32,000 nucleotides of DNA from Cupriavidus necator. GTDB taxonomy: Bacteria > Pseudomonadota > Gammaproteobacteria > Burkholderiales > Burkholderiaceae. The notes below the pieces were generated by a model. That model was not told the origin of the DNA, did not search any database, and saw nothing but the letters and a program-made list of their open reading frames with translations. The stretch's first letter is position 1, and every line of letters starts with the position of its first letter. This document shows positions 9,744 to 19,734 of this stretch, in pieces. Both the position numbers and the translations under genes were made by a program. The DNA is taken from positions 630,001 to 662,000 of the forward strand of contig NZ_CP066018.1 of the NCBI RefSeq assembly GCF_016127575.1, given 5' to 3'.

Positions 9744-10982
9744 TCAGCCGAGCGTCTCGGAACGCCGCGGGGCGTAGGTTTCCCAGCGGTTGCATCCCGG
9801 GCATTGCCAATAGAAAAGCCGGGCGCGGAAGCCGCACTCGCGGCAGGTGTAGCGCGCGAGGTTGCGCGTGCGCAGCTGCAGCAGGTCACGGATGGCCGTG
9901 GTTTCCTGCGCTTGCTCGCCGTTGCCGTCGGCGCCCTCGGCACCCTCTGCCGGGGCATCGGCACCCGCCGGCTGCGCGGACGGGGCGCCGGCCGTGACCA
10001 CCGCCGCCTGCGCCTCGAAATACTTGGTCAGCGCCAGCAGCGTGGGCTGGCGGCGCAGCTGTTCGCGCATCAGGCGCGCGGCGGCTTCCGGGCCATTCAC
10101 TTCCAGCTCTGCCTTGTAGGCGGTATCGAGCACCTCCGGCGCCAGCTTGCCCTTGAGCAGGCCGCGCAGCCATTCCAGTGCGGCGCCCTCCTCCTGCAGG
10201 CTGGCGTAGGCCTTGACCACGCGGTCCGCCACCAGCGGCAGAAAGGATGCATCCTGCCGTTCGATGCCAAGCCAGTGGCCAAGCGCCGCGCGGGCATCGC
10301 CCGCCGCCGCGGCCACGTCGCCCAACAGGATCGGGGCACGCACGTTGGCAGGATTCTCGGCAACGGCCTGGTTCAGCCACTTCACCGCATCTTCGGGGCG
10401 CTTGCGCTGCAGCGCGTCCTGCGCCAGCTCGCAGCAGAACTGGGCAATCTGCAGGCTGTAGCTGGTCTGCTCCAGCGTCTGCAGCTCGCGCGCAGCCTCG
10501 ATCGCCTTCTGCCACTCCTTTTCCACTTCATAGAGCTCAAGCAGCACGCGCTTGGCCGACGCCGCGTAGGGGCCCGACATCAGCCGGCGCAGCGATTCCT
10601 CGGCGCGGTCCAGCAGGCCGGCGCGCAGGAAGTCCTCGCCCAGTTCAAACAAGGCATGCTCACGCTCGGGCTCGGGCAGGTCGGGGCGGGTCGCCAGGTT
10701 CTGGTGCACGCGGATGGCACGCTCGGTTTCGCCGCGGCGGCGGAACAGCGCGCCCAGCGCGAAGTGCAGCTCGGTGGTTTCCGGGTCCAGCCGCGCGACC
10801 TCGATAAAGGCGTCGATGGCCTTGTCGGGTTGCTCGTTGAGCAGGAAGTTGAGGCCCTTGAAATACGAGCGCGGCAAGGCGCCCTGCTCGCTGATCAGCT
10901 GGCGCACATCGAAGCGCGCCGCCATCCAGCCAAGGCCAAAGACAAGTGGCAGCGCCAGCAGCCACCAGGTTTCAAACATCAT
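9744..10982 (-). CDS. lapB: lipopolysaccharide assembly protein B (TPR protein with a C-terminal rubredoxin-like zinc finger)
   Basis: N-terminal TM helix, TPR-like repeats, and the C-terminal motif CRECGFRARLFYWQCPGCNRW typical of LapB/YciM. It lies 3 bp downstream of lapA. An Ala/Gly/Glu-rich low-complexity stretch precedes the zinc finger. Confidence 0.85.
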   Translation of the reverse strand: MMFETWWLLALPLVFGLGWMAARFDVRQLISEQGALPRSYFKGLNFLLNEQPDKAIDAFIEVARLDPETTELHFALGALFRRRGETERAIRVHQNLATRPDLPEPEREHALFELGEDFLRAGLLDRAEESLRRLMSGPYAASAKRVLLELYEVEKEWQKAIEAARELQTLEQTSYSLQIAQFCCELAQDALQRKRPEDAVKWLNQAVAENPANVRAPILLGDVAAAAGDARAALGHWLGIERQDASFLPLVADRVVKAYASLQEEGAALEWLRGLLKGKLAPEVLDTAYKAELEVNGPEAAARLMREQLRRQPTLLALTKYFEAQAAVVTAGAPSAQPAGADAPAEGAEGADGNGEQAQETTAIRDLLQLRTRNLARYTCRECGFRARLFYWQCPGCNRWETYAPRRSETLG

Positions 10983-10985
10983 GGA

Positions 10986-11342
10986 TCAGACCTTCGGGCC
11001 GACTACGTTATAGGGAACAGGTTTGCCGTCGCGCGGCGCGGCGGCGGCTGCCGACGTTGGCGACGGCGGCGATGCCGCTGACGCGCTCGCCTGCGCGCCG
11101 GCATCGGCCAGGGCGCGGCGCAGCCGGGCAAGCTCCATGCGCTGGCGCATCAGGTTGGGCGCGATCGATGCCAGTGCCGCGACCGCGCCGAGCACGAAGG
11201 CCGCGAACAGGATCAGGATCAGCGGGGCATGCCAGACGGCGTTGAAGAACAGCTGCAGCGAGGCTTCGGCGGTATTGCGCAGCGCCAGCACGAACAGCAG
11301 CACGAATACGACGATGCGGACGATCCAGGCGAACAGTTTCAT
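10986..11342 (-). CDS. lapA: lipopolysaccharide assembly protein A (DUF1049 membrane protein)
   Basis: 118 aa with two hydrophobic helices followed by a basic helix (MRQRMELARLRRAL). Its position immediately upstream of lapB matches the conserved lapAB arrangement. Confidence 0.7.
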   Translation of the reverse strand: MKLFAWIVRIVVFVLLFVLALRNTAEASLQLFFNAVWHAPLILILFAAFVLGAVAALASIAPNLMRQRMELARLRRALADAGAQASASAASPPSPTSAAAAAPRDGKPVPYNVVGPKV

Positions 11343-11553
11343 GCGGTTGGCAGCGTTTCAGCGTGACGTGGAAGCGGCACCGGCGCACTCGCGCGAGGTC
11401 CGGCAAAGACCCCGGCATTGTAACGGATACGCTTCACCTATTCGGTAACCGGGCCGTAATGCGGCCCGGGCTGCGGCCCGGCGCCAGACGCCGGCAAGCC
11501 GCTTGCGCACGATGCGCCACCCGTCTCGGTGCGCACGCAAGGCCGGCAGCAAT

Positions 11554-11586
11554 AAAAAAAGCGCCCCTAAGGGGGCGCTTTTTTCA
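11554..11586 (-). terminator. intrinsic terminator downstream of ihfB (symmetrical, so potentially bidirectional)
   Basis: The sequence aaaaaaagcgcccc-taa-ggggcgctttttt is a GC stem flanked by an A-run and a T-run. It starts 31 nt past the ihfB stop. Confidence 0.75.
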
Positions 11587-11616
11587 ACCACACAAGCAGC
11601 AGGCAAAACCCGGCAA

Positions 11617-12045
11617 TCAGGAAGAGCGGACAAAATTCAGCCCACCCTCGTGCAATCCCGCCGCTGCGGCGGGAGCGCTGCCCTGGCCTACCTTGCCCGG
11701 CACGGCCTGGGCCGTGCCGGCGGCATGACCGTTGCCATTGGCGCCCGGAGGCGCCGGCTGGCTGCGGTCAACCCGTTCGCGCAATTCCTTGCCCGCCTTG
11801 AAGTGCGGCACCCGTTTTTCGGGCACCAGCACACGCTCGCCGGACTTGGGATTGCGCCCCACGCGAGGCGGACGCTTGTTCAGACCAAAACTGCCGAATC
11901 CGCGAATCTCGATGCGGTGGCCATCGGCCAACGCCTCCGACATCGCGTCGAGTATCGTTTTGACCGAGATGTCCGCGTCCCGCAGCAGCAGCTGGGGGAA
12001 GCGGGCAGCCAGTTTTTCGACGAGCTCCGACTTGGTCATGGGCAT
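11617..12045 (-). CDS. ihfB: integration host factor subunit beta, with a roughly 46-aa low-complexity C-terminal extension
   Basis: [11 protein letters not shown]...[29 protein letters not shown]...[14 protein letters not shown] matches IHF-beta/HU-fold motifs. ATG codons occur at both 12045 and 12039. Confidence 0.9.
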   Translation of the reverse strand: MPMTKSELVEKLAARFPQLLLRDADISVKTILDAMSEALADGHRIEIRGFGSFGLNKRPPRVGRNPKSGERVLVPEKRVPHFKAGKELRERVDRSQPAPPGANGNGHAAGTAQAVPGKVGQGSAPAAAAGLHEGGLNFVRSS

Positions 12046-12069
12046 ACGCGCAAGCGCGGGGGCCTGCGA

Positions 12070-13764
12070 TTACTGGTTGTCCTGGCCGAGCTTGGCCTTC
12101 AGCAGGGCGCCGAGGTTGGTCGTGCCAGCCGTGCCAGTGTCAGCCTGGAACTTCTGCATCGCTTCTTGCTGCTCTGCGCTGTCCTTGGCCTTGATCGACA
12201 GGTTGATGTTGCGCGACTTGCGGTCGACGTTCACCACCAGGGCGGTGATCTGCTCGCCTTCCTTCAGCACGTTGCGGGCGTCTTCCACGCGGTCAGCGGA
12301 GATTTCCGAAGCACGCAGGTAGCCTTCCACATCGTCAGCCAGCTGGACCACGGCGCCCTTGGCGTCAACCGCCTTGATGGTGCCCTGAACCAGCGAACCC
12401 TTGTCGTTGGCCGAGATGAAGTTGTTGAACGGATCGCCCGACAGCTGCTTGATGCCCAGCGAGATGCGTTCCTTGTCGACGTCGATGCCCAGAACCACGG
12501 CTTCGACTTCGTCGCCCTTCTTGTACTTGCGAACGGCTTCTTCGCCAGTCTCTTGCCACGACAGGTCCGACAGGTGCACCAGGCCGTCGATGCCGCCCGG
12601 CAGGCCGATGAACACGCCGAAGTCGGTGATCGACTTGATCTGGCCGGCCAGCTTGTCGCCCTTCTTGTGGTTACGCGAGAAATCGTCCCACGGATTGGCC
12701 TTGCACTGCTTCATGCCCAGGCTGATACGACGCTTGTCTTCGTCGATATCCAGCACCATGACTTCGACTTCGTCGCCCAGCTGGACAACCTTGGACGGGG
12801 CAACGTTCTTGTTGGTCCAGTCCATTTCCGACACGTGCACCAGGCCTTCGATGCCGGCTTCGATCTCGACGAACGCGCCGTAGTCGGTCAGGTTGGTCAC
12901 CTTGCCGAACAGGCGGGTGCCTTGCGGGTAGCGACGCGAGATGCCGACCCACGGATCTTCGCCCAGCTGCTTCACGCCCAGCGAGACGCGGTTCTTTTCC
13001 TGGTCGAACTTGAGGATCTTGGCGGTGATTTCCTGGCCAACCGACAGCACTTCGCTCGGGTGGCGGACACGGCGCCAGGCCAGGTCGGTGATGTGCAGCA
13101 GGCCGTCAATGCCACCCAGATCCACGAACGCGCCGTAGTCGGTGATATTCTTGACGATACCGTTGACGATGGCGCCTTCCTTCAGGGTTTCCATCAGCTT
13201 CTGGCGCTCTTCGCCCAGGGTCGCTTCGACCACGGCGCGGCGCGACAGCACCACGTTGTTGCGCTTGCGATCCAGCTTGATGACCTTGAATTCCAGGGTC
13301 TTGCCTTCGTACGGGGTGGTGTCCTTGATCGGGCGCACGTCAACCAGCGAACCCGGCAGGAACGCGCGGATGCCGTTGACCATCACCGTCAGGCCGCCCT
13401 TGACCTTGCCGGTCACGGTACCCGAGATGATCTCGCCGTCTTCCAGCGCCTTCTCGAGGTTCAGCCACGATGCCAGGCGCTTGGCCTTGTCGCGGGAGAG
13501 GATGGTGTCGCCATAGCCGTTCTCGAGCGCATCGATGGCCACGGAGACGTAGTCGCCGGCCTGCACTTCGAGTTCGCCCTGGTCGTTCAGGAACTCCTCC
13601 ACCGGCACGAATGCCTCGGACTTGAGGCCGGCATTGACGACCACGAAATTGTGGTCGATGCGCACGACTTCAGCGGAGATCACTTCGCCAGCCTTCATAT
13701 TGGAGCGGGCGACGGATTCCTCGAACAGTGCGGCAAAGGATTCGTTAGTTTGCAGGTCGGACAT
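12070..13764 (-). CDS. rpsA: 30S ribosomal protein S1
   Basis: 564 aa with six S1 (OB-fold) repeats showing the recurring G.V..I.D.GAFV pattern. It sits in the conserved cmk-rpsA-ihfB context. Confidence 0.95.
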   Translation of the reverse strand: MSDLQTNESFAALFEESVARSNMKAGEVISAEVVRIDHNFVVVNAGLKSEAFVPVEEFLNDQGELEVQAGDYVSVAIDALENGYGDTILSRDKAKRLASWLNLEKALEDGEIISGTVTGKVKGGLTVMVNGIRAFLPGSLVDVRPIKDTTPYEGKTLEFKVIKLDRKRNNVVLSRRAVVEATLGEERQKLMETLKEGAIVNGIVKNITDYGAFVDLGGIDGLLHITDLAWRRVRHPSEVLSVGQEITAKILKFDQEKNRVSLGVKQLGEDPWVGISRRYPQGTRLFGKVTNLTDYGAFVEIEAGIEGLVHVSEMDWTNKNVAPSKVVQLGDEVEVMVLDIDEDKRRISLGMKQCKANPWDDFSRNHKKGDKLAGQIKSITDFGVFIGLPGGIDGLVHLSDLSWQETGEEAVRKYKKGDEVEAVVLGIDVDKERISLGIKQLSGDPFNNFISANDKGSLVQGTIKAVDAKGAVVQLADDVEGYLRASEISADRVEDARNVLKEGEQITALVVNVDRKSRNINLSIKAKDSAEQQEAMQKFQADTGTAGTTNLGALLKAKLGQDNQ

Positions 13765-13930
13765 AAACGTAAGGTGAAATCCGCAATACGCTGGCCGGCG
13801 CGACTATCGCGCTCAGTCTGCCAGTGCAGCGGGGTCAGGTTTGACACAAGCCAGCCACAAGTCTTGCCCGGGCTGGCGCCATCTGGTGCCGTCGGGGTAC
13901 GCCGCTTCTACTGATGCGCCCGCATGCATC

Positions 13931-14599
13931 TCATGCATCGGGCCGCACAGCGGCAAACCACTCCAGCACCTGCGCCACTGCCTGGTCCACCGTCATATCG
14001 GAGGTATCCAGCAGCTTTGCATCCTCGGCGGGACGAAGCGGCGCGGCGGTGCGGGTGCGATCCCGTACATCGCGCGCTTCAAGGTCACGCAAAAGGTCTT
14101 CAATATTAGCAGAAATTCCCTTATCAATCAATTGTTTATAGCGCCTGCGAGCGCGCGCCTCAACACTTGCGGTCAGGAACACCTTGAGCGGCGCATCCGG
14201 GAAGATCACGGTGCCCATGTCGCGGCCGTCGGCAACCAGCCCGGGCAGCTTGCGGAAGCTGCGCTGCAGCTGGGTCAGCGCATCGCGCACCGGCTGGTGC
14301 ACGGCGATGGCCGAGGCCCGGTTGCCGATCGCCTCGGCACGGATTGCCAGGCTGACTTCCTCGCCTTGCAGCCAGACGCGGTCAGGGCCGAACTTCACAT
14401 CGAGGCGGGAAGCGATCTTTGCAAGCGCGTCCACGTCCGCCAGGTCAATCCCGGCGCGGTCGCTGGCCAGCGCCACGAGCCGGTACAGGGCGCCGCTGTC
14501 GAGCAGGTGAAAGCCCACGGCGTCCGCAACCTTGTGCGCGACAGTGCCCTTGCCCGAGGCAGTCGGCCCGTCAATGGCGATGACGTTGACGATAGTCAT
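13931..14599 (-). CDS. cmk: cytidylate kinase
   Basis: 222 aa with the P-loop [15 protein letters not shown], plus LDSGALYR and the [14 protein letters not shown] block. Confidence 0.9.
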   Translation of the reverse strand: MTIVNVIAIDGPTASGKGTVAHKVADAVGFHLLDSGALYRLVALASDRAGIDLADVDALAKIASRLDVKFGPDRVWLQGEEVSLAIRAEAIGNRASAIAVHQPVRDALTQLQRSFRKLPGLVADGRDMGTVIFPDAPLKVFLTASVEARARRRYKQLIDKGISANIEDLLRDLEARDVRDRTRTAAPLRPAEDAKLLDTSDMTVDQAVAQVLEWFAAVRPDA

Positions 14600-14635
14600 T
14601 GTTTATAAAGCCAAAAGAAACGATTGATTGTGAAT

Positions 14636-14663
14636 TCAATTGAGAATCATTATTATTTGATTC
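14636..14663. promoter_or_regulatory. candidate operator in the AT-rich divergent cmk/DUF2061 region
   Basis: Read directly from the sequence. GAATCA (14644-14649) and TGATTC (14658-14663) are exact inverted repeats separated by 8 nt. The 19-mer at 14636-14654 matches the Fur-box consensus GATAATGATAATCATTATC at 13/19 positions by hand. The binding factor is unknown. Confidence 0.3.
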
Positions 14664-14725
14664 ATGGCGCTTGACCGCAGTCGCGGCACGGTGCCCTTCC
14701 CGTCCCAGTCGCGAGGCAATCTAAC

Positions 14726-14962
14726 ATGGCAAAAACCCTGACGTTCGGCATCATGCACCTCGGCATCGCGTTCAGCGTGACGTATGCGCTGACCGGCAGC
14801 CTCGCCATCAGCGGTGCCATCACCTTCATCGAGCCGGCCGTCAATACCGTGGCCCACTACTTCTTCGACCGCTACTGGGAGAAGCGCGAGCGCCGCCAAG
14901 CCGGGACTGCCCGCAATCATGCCGCGGCGCAGCGCAACCACGCCAACCTGGCCGGCGCCTAG
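14726..14962 (+). CDS. DUF2061-family small membrane protein
   Basis: 78 aa. The sequence [50 protein letters not shown] fits the DUF2061 pattern as I recall it (TGS...EP..N...YY.H.R.W). It is the only plus-strand gene inside the minus-strand serC-to-ihfB array. Confidence 0.7.
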   Translation: MAKTLTFGIMHLGIAFSVTYALTGSLAISGAITFIEPAVNTVAHYFFDRYWEKRERRQAGTARNHAAAQRNHANLAGA

Positions 14963-16263
14963 CCGGTCACGCCCGCAAACACGCTGAAGTAATCCGGGAA
15001 CGTCTTCGCCACACAGCCCGGATCATTGATCCGCACCGGCAGCGGCCCGAAGGCTGCCAGCGAGAAGCACATCGCCATGCGATGGTCATCATAGGTGCCA
15101 ATGCCGTCGGCCGGAGTCTGCCACGGCTGCGGCGGCGTCACACGCAGGTAGTCTGCCCCCTCTTCCACGACTGCGCCGAGCTTGCGCAGTTCCGTCGCCA
15201 TCGCCGCGATACGGTCCGTTTCCTTGACGCGCCAGCTGGCGATATTGGTCAGCGTGGTCGTGCCTTCGGCAAACAGTGCTGCCACCGCCAGCGTCATCGC
15301 CGCATCGGGGATATGGTTGCAGTCCAGTTCGATGCCGTGCAGGCGCCCGTCGTCGCGTTCCGTGCCGCGCACTTCGATCCAGTTGTCACCGGCCATCACA
15401 TTGGCGCCCATGCGGTTGAGCGCCTCGGCGAAGCGCACATCGCCCTGGATGCTGGCCATGCCCACGCCTTCCACCCGGACCGGGCCACCGCCGATCGCGC
15501 CGGCCGCCAGGAAGTAGGAAGCGGACGACGCATCGCCCTCGACAAAGATCTCGCCCGGCGAGCGGTAAGCCGCGCCGGCCGGCAGCACGAAGCGCTCCCA
15601 GCCCTGCCGCTCGATCTCGATGCCGAAGCGCGCCAGCAGGTTCAGCGTGATCTCGATATACGGCTTGGAGATCAGCTCGCCCACCACCTCGATCTCGATG
15701 CGGCCGCTGTCGGATTGCGCCATCGGCAGGCTCATCAGCAGCGCGGTCAGGAACTGGCTCGACACATCGCCGCGCACGCGGATCGGCGCATCGATGCGAA
15801 TGCCGGCCGGCTGGATATGCAACGGCGGAAAGCCTTCATTGCCAAGGTAGTCGATCACGGCGCCCACCTGGCGCAGGCCGTCGACCAGGTCGCCGATTGG
15901 CCGCTCATGCATGCGCGGCACGCCCGACAGCTTGTAGTTGCCGCCCTGCAGCGCAAGCGCGGCAGTCAGCGGGCGGATCGCGGTGCCGGCATTGCCCATG
16001 AAGAGCTCGGCCGACTTGTTCGGGAAATTGCCGCCGGCGCCGGTGACAATGTAGTCGTCGCCTTCCTGCCGCCACGCCACGCCGAGCGTGCGCAACGCCT
16101 GCAGCATCACGCGGGTGTCGTCGGAATCGAGCAGATCGCGCACGCGGGTCTCGCCCGTGGCCAGTGCGGCCAGCAGCAGCACGCGGTTGGAGATGCTCTT
16201 CGAGCCCGGCAGCCGGACGGTGCCGTTGGCGCGGGTCAGGGGGCCTAGCGTCAGGTGTTCCAT
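14959..16263 (-). CDS. aroA: 3-phosphoshikimate 1-carboxyvinyltransferase (EPSP synthase)
   Basis: 434 aa with [31 protein letters not shown] and the RVKETDRI motif. Confidence 0.95.
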   Translation of the reverse strand: MEHLTLGPLTRANGTVRLPGSKSISNRVLLLAALATGETRVRDLLDSDDTRVMLQALRTLGVAWRQEGDDYIVTGAGGNFPNKSAELFMGNAGTAIRPLTAALALQGGNYKLSGVPRMHERPIGDLVDGLRQVGAVIDYLGNEGFPPLHIQPAGIRIDAPIRVRGDVSSQFLTALLMSLPMAQSDSGRIEIEVVGELISKPYIEITLNLLARFGIEIERQGWERFVLPAGAAYRSPGEIFVEGDASSASYFLAAGAIGGGPVRVEGVGMASIQGDVRFAEALNRMGANVMAGDNWIEVRGTERDDGRLHGIELDCNHIPDAAMTLAVAALFAEGTTTLTNIASWRVKETDRIAAMATELRKLGAVVEEGADYLRVTPPQPWQTPADGIGTYDDHRMAMCFSLAAFGPLPVRINDPGCVAKTFPDYFSVFAGVTG

Positions 16264-16304
16264 GGTTCTCGTGGGCGCCGGGGCGCCGCGGTCAGGCGAT
16301 TGGT

Positions 16305-17201
16305 TCAGGGTTCGGTATGGTTGCCCGCGGCACGCTCTGCGCCCCAGGCCAGCCGGGTCTTGCTGGCGCGCGCGAAGATGCGTTCGAGCGCGTCGCCGTC
16401 GCCCTTCTCGATCTGCGCCTTCAGGTGCGCCAGCACCGACTGGTAGGTATTCAGCTCACGCAGCAGCGCGTCGCGGTTGGCCACGCAGATATCGCGCCAC
16501 ATTTCCGGCGACGAGGCCGCGATGCGCGTGAAATCGCGGAAACCGCCGCCGGCGAAGCCCAGCTTCAGCGCGGCATCTTCCGCATTGGCGACCTGCGCCA
16601 CCAGCGCGTACGACAGCACGTGCGGCAGGTGGCTGACCGCGGCAAACACCGCGTCGTGCTGCACTGCCGACATCACATGGCATTCTGCGCCGGCGCTTTC
16701 CCACATGGCGCGCACCGCGGCGACATCGGCGCGCGAGTTTTCCTGCAGCGGGCACAGCACGGTCTTCTTGCCGAGGTACAGGTCCGGCAGCGCCGCCTCC
16801 ACGCCGTTGAGCTCGCGCCCGGCGATCGGGTGTGCCGGCACGAACTGCGCGACCTTGTCGCCGAGCGCCGTCTTGGCCGCCATGATCACGTCTGACTTGG
16901 TGCTGCCGGCATCGGTGACGATGGTGCCCGGCTGCAGGTGCGGCTCCAGCGCGTGCAGCAGCGCAAAGTTCTGCGCCACCGGCGCGCACAGCACGATCAC
17001 GCTGGCGCCGCGCGCGGCATCCGCCAGCGTCGCGGCCTCGTCGATCACGCCAAGGTCCAGCGCCTTCTGCAGCGACGCCGGCGAGCGCCCCACCCCGACC
17101 ACCGTGCCCACCACGCCGGCGCGCCTGAGCGCCAGCGCGAGCGAGCCGCCGATCAGGCCGACACCGACAATGACAACACGGGAAAAATGCAATGCACTCA
17201 C
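16305..17201 (-). CDS. tyrA: prephenate dehydrogenase
   Basis: 298 aa starting at a GTG at 17201, which must precede the Rossmann motif [11 protein letters not shown] at residues 9-19. The HPIAG block and its position between hisC and aroA support the call. Confidence 0.85.
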   Translation of the reverse strand: MSALHFSRVVIVGVGLIGGSLALALRRAGVVGTVVGVGRSPASLQKALDLGVIDEAATLADAARGASVIVLCAPVAQNFALLHALEPHLQPGTIVTDAGSTKSDVIMAAKTALGDKVAQFVPAHPIAGRELNGVEAALPDLYLGKKTVLCPLQENSRADVAAVRAMWESAGAECHVMSAVQHDAVFAAVSHLPHVLSYALVAQVANAEDAALKLGFAGGGFRDFTRIAASSPEMWRDICVANRDALLRELNTYQSVLAHLKAQIEKGDGDALERIFARASKTRLAWGAERAAGNHTEP

Positions 17202-17309
17202 AATCTCAGGCCGCTAGGGGCAGTGGCTCGGACCAGGCCGAGGTAAATCGATGATTGGCAACGAGGCAGGCAAGCAGCCTGCAGCGAAACGCCGCAATTG
17301 TAGCCGCGC

Positions 17310-18437
17310 TCACGCCAACGCCCGCTCCAGCGCCGCGATGAAGGCCGCGTTCTCCTCGGCCAGGCCGATGGTCACGCGCAGCCAGCGCGGCAGGTTGTAG
17401 TTGCCCACCGGCCGCACGATCACGCCCTGCTTCAGCAACGCCAGGTTGACGCGCGCGCCGGCGCCGTCGTCATCGCCCACGCGCACCATCACGAAGTTGC
17501 CGGAAGACGGCACGTATTCCAGCCCGAGCCGGTCGAAGGCATCGGTCAGCTGGCGCTTGCCGGCACGGTTCAGCTCGGCGCTGCGGCGCAGGAACCCGGC
17601 ATCGCCCAGCGCGGCGATGGCCGCGGCCTGCGCCACGCTGTTGACGTTGAACGGCTGGCGGATGCGGTTCAGCAGGTCCGACAGCTCCGGCTGCGCCACC
17701 GCGTAGCCGATGCGCAGGCCCGCCAGGCCATAGGCCTTGGAGAACGTGCGCGACACCATCAGGTTCGGGTAGCGGCGCACCCAGGCGAGCGAATCGTATT
17801 GCTGGTCGGCATCCAGGTATTCGTTGTACGCCTCGTCCAGCACCACCACCACATTGGCCGGCACCCGCTGCAGGAAGGCTTCGATCTGCGCGGCCGGCAC
17901 GAACGTGCCGGTCGGGTTGTTCGGGTTGGCGATAAAGACCAGGCGCGTATCGGGCGCGATCGCCGCGGCCATCGCCTCCAGGTCATGGCCGTAGTCGCGC
18001 GCGGGCACTTCGATGGCGCGTGCGCCGATCTCCTGCGTGGCCAGCGCGTAGACCGCGAACGAGTACTCGGCATAGACGATCGACTGACCCGGCTCCACCA
18101 GCGCATGCGCGGCCAGCTCCAGGATGTCGTTGCTGCCATTGCCCAGCGTCAGCCAGTCGGCGGGCACGCCGAAGCGCGCCGACAGCTCGCCCTTCAGCGC
18201 AAAGCCGTTGGAATCCGGGTAGCGGCCGAGTTCAGCCACCGCATCGGCCACCGCGCGGCGGGCCGACTCGGGCATGCCGAGCGGATTCTCATTGGAGGCG
18301 AGCTTGACGATGCCGGCCTCGTCCAGGCCGAACTCGCGCGCGACTTCCGAAATCGGCTTGCCGGCCACGTACGGCGAAATCGCCCGCACATAGCCGGGTC
18401 CGAACACCGTGCCGCCTTGCTTACCCTGCTCCGCCAT
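17310..18437 (-). CDS. hisC: histidinol-phosphate / aromatic aminotransferase (class II PLP enzyme)
   Basis: 375 aa with KLASNENPLG, IANPNNPTG and the PLP-lysine block SRTFSKAYGLAGLRIGY. A strong SD (AAGGAGA) lies upstream. Confidence 0.9.
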   Translation of the reverse strand: MAEQGKQGGTVFGPGYVRAISPYVAGKPISEVAREFGLDEAGIVKLASNENPLGMPESARRAVADAVAELGRYPDSNGFALKGELSARFGVPADWLTLGNGSNDILELAAHALVEPGQSIVYAEYSFAVYALATQEIGARAIEVPARDYGHDLEAMAAAIAPDTRLVFIANPNNPTGTFVPAAQIEAFLQRVPANVVVVLDEAYNEYLDADQQYDSLAWVRRYPNLMVSRTFSKAYGLAGLRIGYAVAQPELSDLLNRIRQPFNVNSVAQAAAIAALGDAGFLRRSAELNRAGKRQLTDAFDRLGLEYVPSSGNFVMVRVGDDDGAGARVNLALLKQGVIVRPVGNYNLPRWLRVTIGLAEENAAFIAALERALA

Positions 18438-18465
18438 CTCGTCTCCTTGTTCTTGCCTGGCTGCC

Positions 18466-19626
18466 TTACTTGCTCGACGGATACGAGCCCAGCACCTTCA
18501 GGTAAGCCGCGTTGCGCCGCAGCTCTTCGATGGCGCGCGCCACTGCCGGCTCATGCTGGTGCCCTTCCACATCGACGTAGAAGTAGTACTCCCACGCGCC
18601 GCTGCGCGCCGGGCGCGACTCGAAGCGGCACATCGACACACCGTTCTCCGCCAGCGGCGCCAGCAGCTGGTACACCGCGCCGGCCTTGTTAGGTACCGAC
18701 AGGATCATCGAGGTCTGGTCGCTGCCCGACGGCTCGGTCTCATAGCGGCCAATCACGGCAAAGCGCGTGCGATTGTGCGGATCGTCCTGGATATGCGTGC
18801 GCACGATATGCAGGTGATAGCGGTTGGCGGCGGACTCGCCGGCAATCGCGGCCACGGTCGGGTCTTCGCTGGCCATGCGCGCGGCCTCGGCATTGCTCGA
18901 CACCGCCTGGCGCTCCAGGTGCGGATAGTTGGCGGTCAGCCAGTGCTGGCACTGCGCCAGTGCCTGCGCATGCGCGCGCACCACCGTGACGCCCTGCATG
19001 TCGGGCGTGGATGCCATCAGGTTGTGGTGCACCTTGAGCGCGATCTCGCCGCTGATCTTCAGCGAGGTCTGCAGGAACAGGTCGAGCGTGCGCGACACCG
19101 CGCCCTCGGTGGAGTTCTCGACCGGCACCACGCCGTACTCGACCGTGCCCGCCTCGACGGCACGGAACACCTCGTCGATGCTCGGGCAAGGCACGCCCGA
19201 CACCTCATGGCCGAAGTGCGCATACAGCGCCTGCTCGGAGAACGTGCCGGCCGGGCCGAGGAAAGCCACTTCCAGCGGCTTTTCCAGCCCGCGGCAGGCG
19301 GACATCACCTCGCGCCAGATCGCCGCAACGCTTTCGCCCAGCAGCGGGCCGGGGTTGGCGCCCTGCACCTTGCGGATCACCTGCAGCTCGCGCTCCGGGC
19401 GGAACACCGGCGCACCGTACTTCTTCTTGACCTCACCGACCTCGAGTGCCAGTTTGGCGCGGCGGTTCAGCATCGCCAGCAGTTCGCGGTCAACGGTGTC
19501 GATCTGCTCGCGCAGCGGGCTCAGCTCGACCGACAGCTTGCGCTCGGCTTCGCTCAGGTGGGTGTCGTTCTGCTGCTCGTTGGGCGGCGTCTCCTCGCGC
19601 GCGGGGGTGCGGTCTTGGCTTGTCAT
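18466..19626 (-). CDS. pheA: bifunctional chorismate mutase / prephenate dehydratase (P-protein)
   Basis: 386 aa. An N-terminal chorismate mutase helix region (LREQIDTVDRELLAMLNRRAKLALEVG) is followed by a prephenate dehydratase domain (VAFLGPAGTFSE, ENSTEGAV, TRF) and an ACT-like domain with ESRP. Confidence 0.9.
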   Translation of the reverse strand: MTSQDRTPAREETPPNEQQNDTHLSEAERKLSVELSPLREQIDTVDRELLAMLNRRAKLALEVGEVKKKYGAPVFRPERELQVIRKVQGANPGPLLGESVAAIWREVMSACRGLEKPLEVAFLGPAGTFSEQALYAHFGHEVSGVPCPSIDEVFRAVEAGTVEYGVVPVENSTEGAVSRTLDLFLQTSLKISGEIALKVHHNLMASTPDMQGVTVVRAHAQALAQCQHWLTANYPHLERQAVSSNAEAARMASEDPTVAAIAGESAANRYHLHIVRTHIQDDPHNRTRFAVIGRYETEPSGSDQTSMILSVPNKAGAVYQLLAPLAENGVSMCRFESRPARSGAWEYYFYVDVEGHQHEPAVARAIEELRRNAAYLKVLGSYPSSK

Positions 19627-19734
19627 TTTGTATGAATCCGGTGGGCCGCCGGGGCGCGGCGGCCGGAGAAAAACTGACCTCTGCCTGCCGGCGCACTGTG
19701 CCTGAGGTGCGCGGGCAGCCAGCGGGAATGCGCG

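Noticed and set aside
11503-13914. An 803-aa plus-strand ORF opposite ihfB and rpsA
   Set aside because: It is an antisense shadow of the highly conserved rpsA gene and crosses the ihfB terminator and intergenic DNA. It has no SD, no domain-like motifs and a shadow-ORF composition.
14636-14941. A 101-aa minus-strand ORF overlapping the DUF2061 gene
   Set aside because: The plus-strand frame gives a recognisable DUF2061-type membrane protein. The minus-strand frame has no motifs and would start inside the AT-rich control region.
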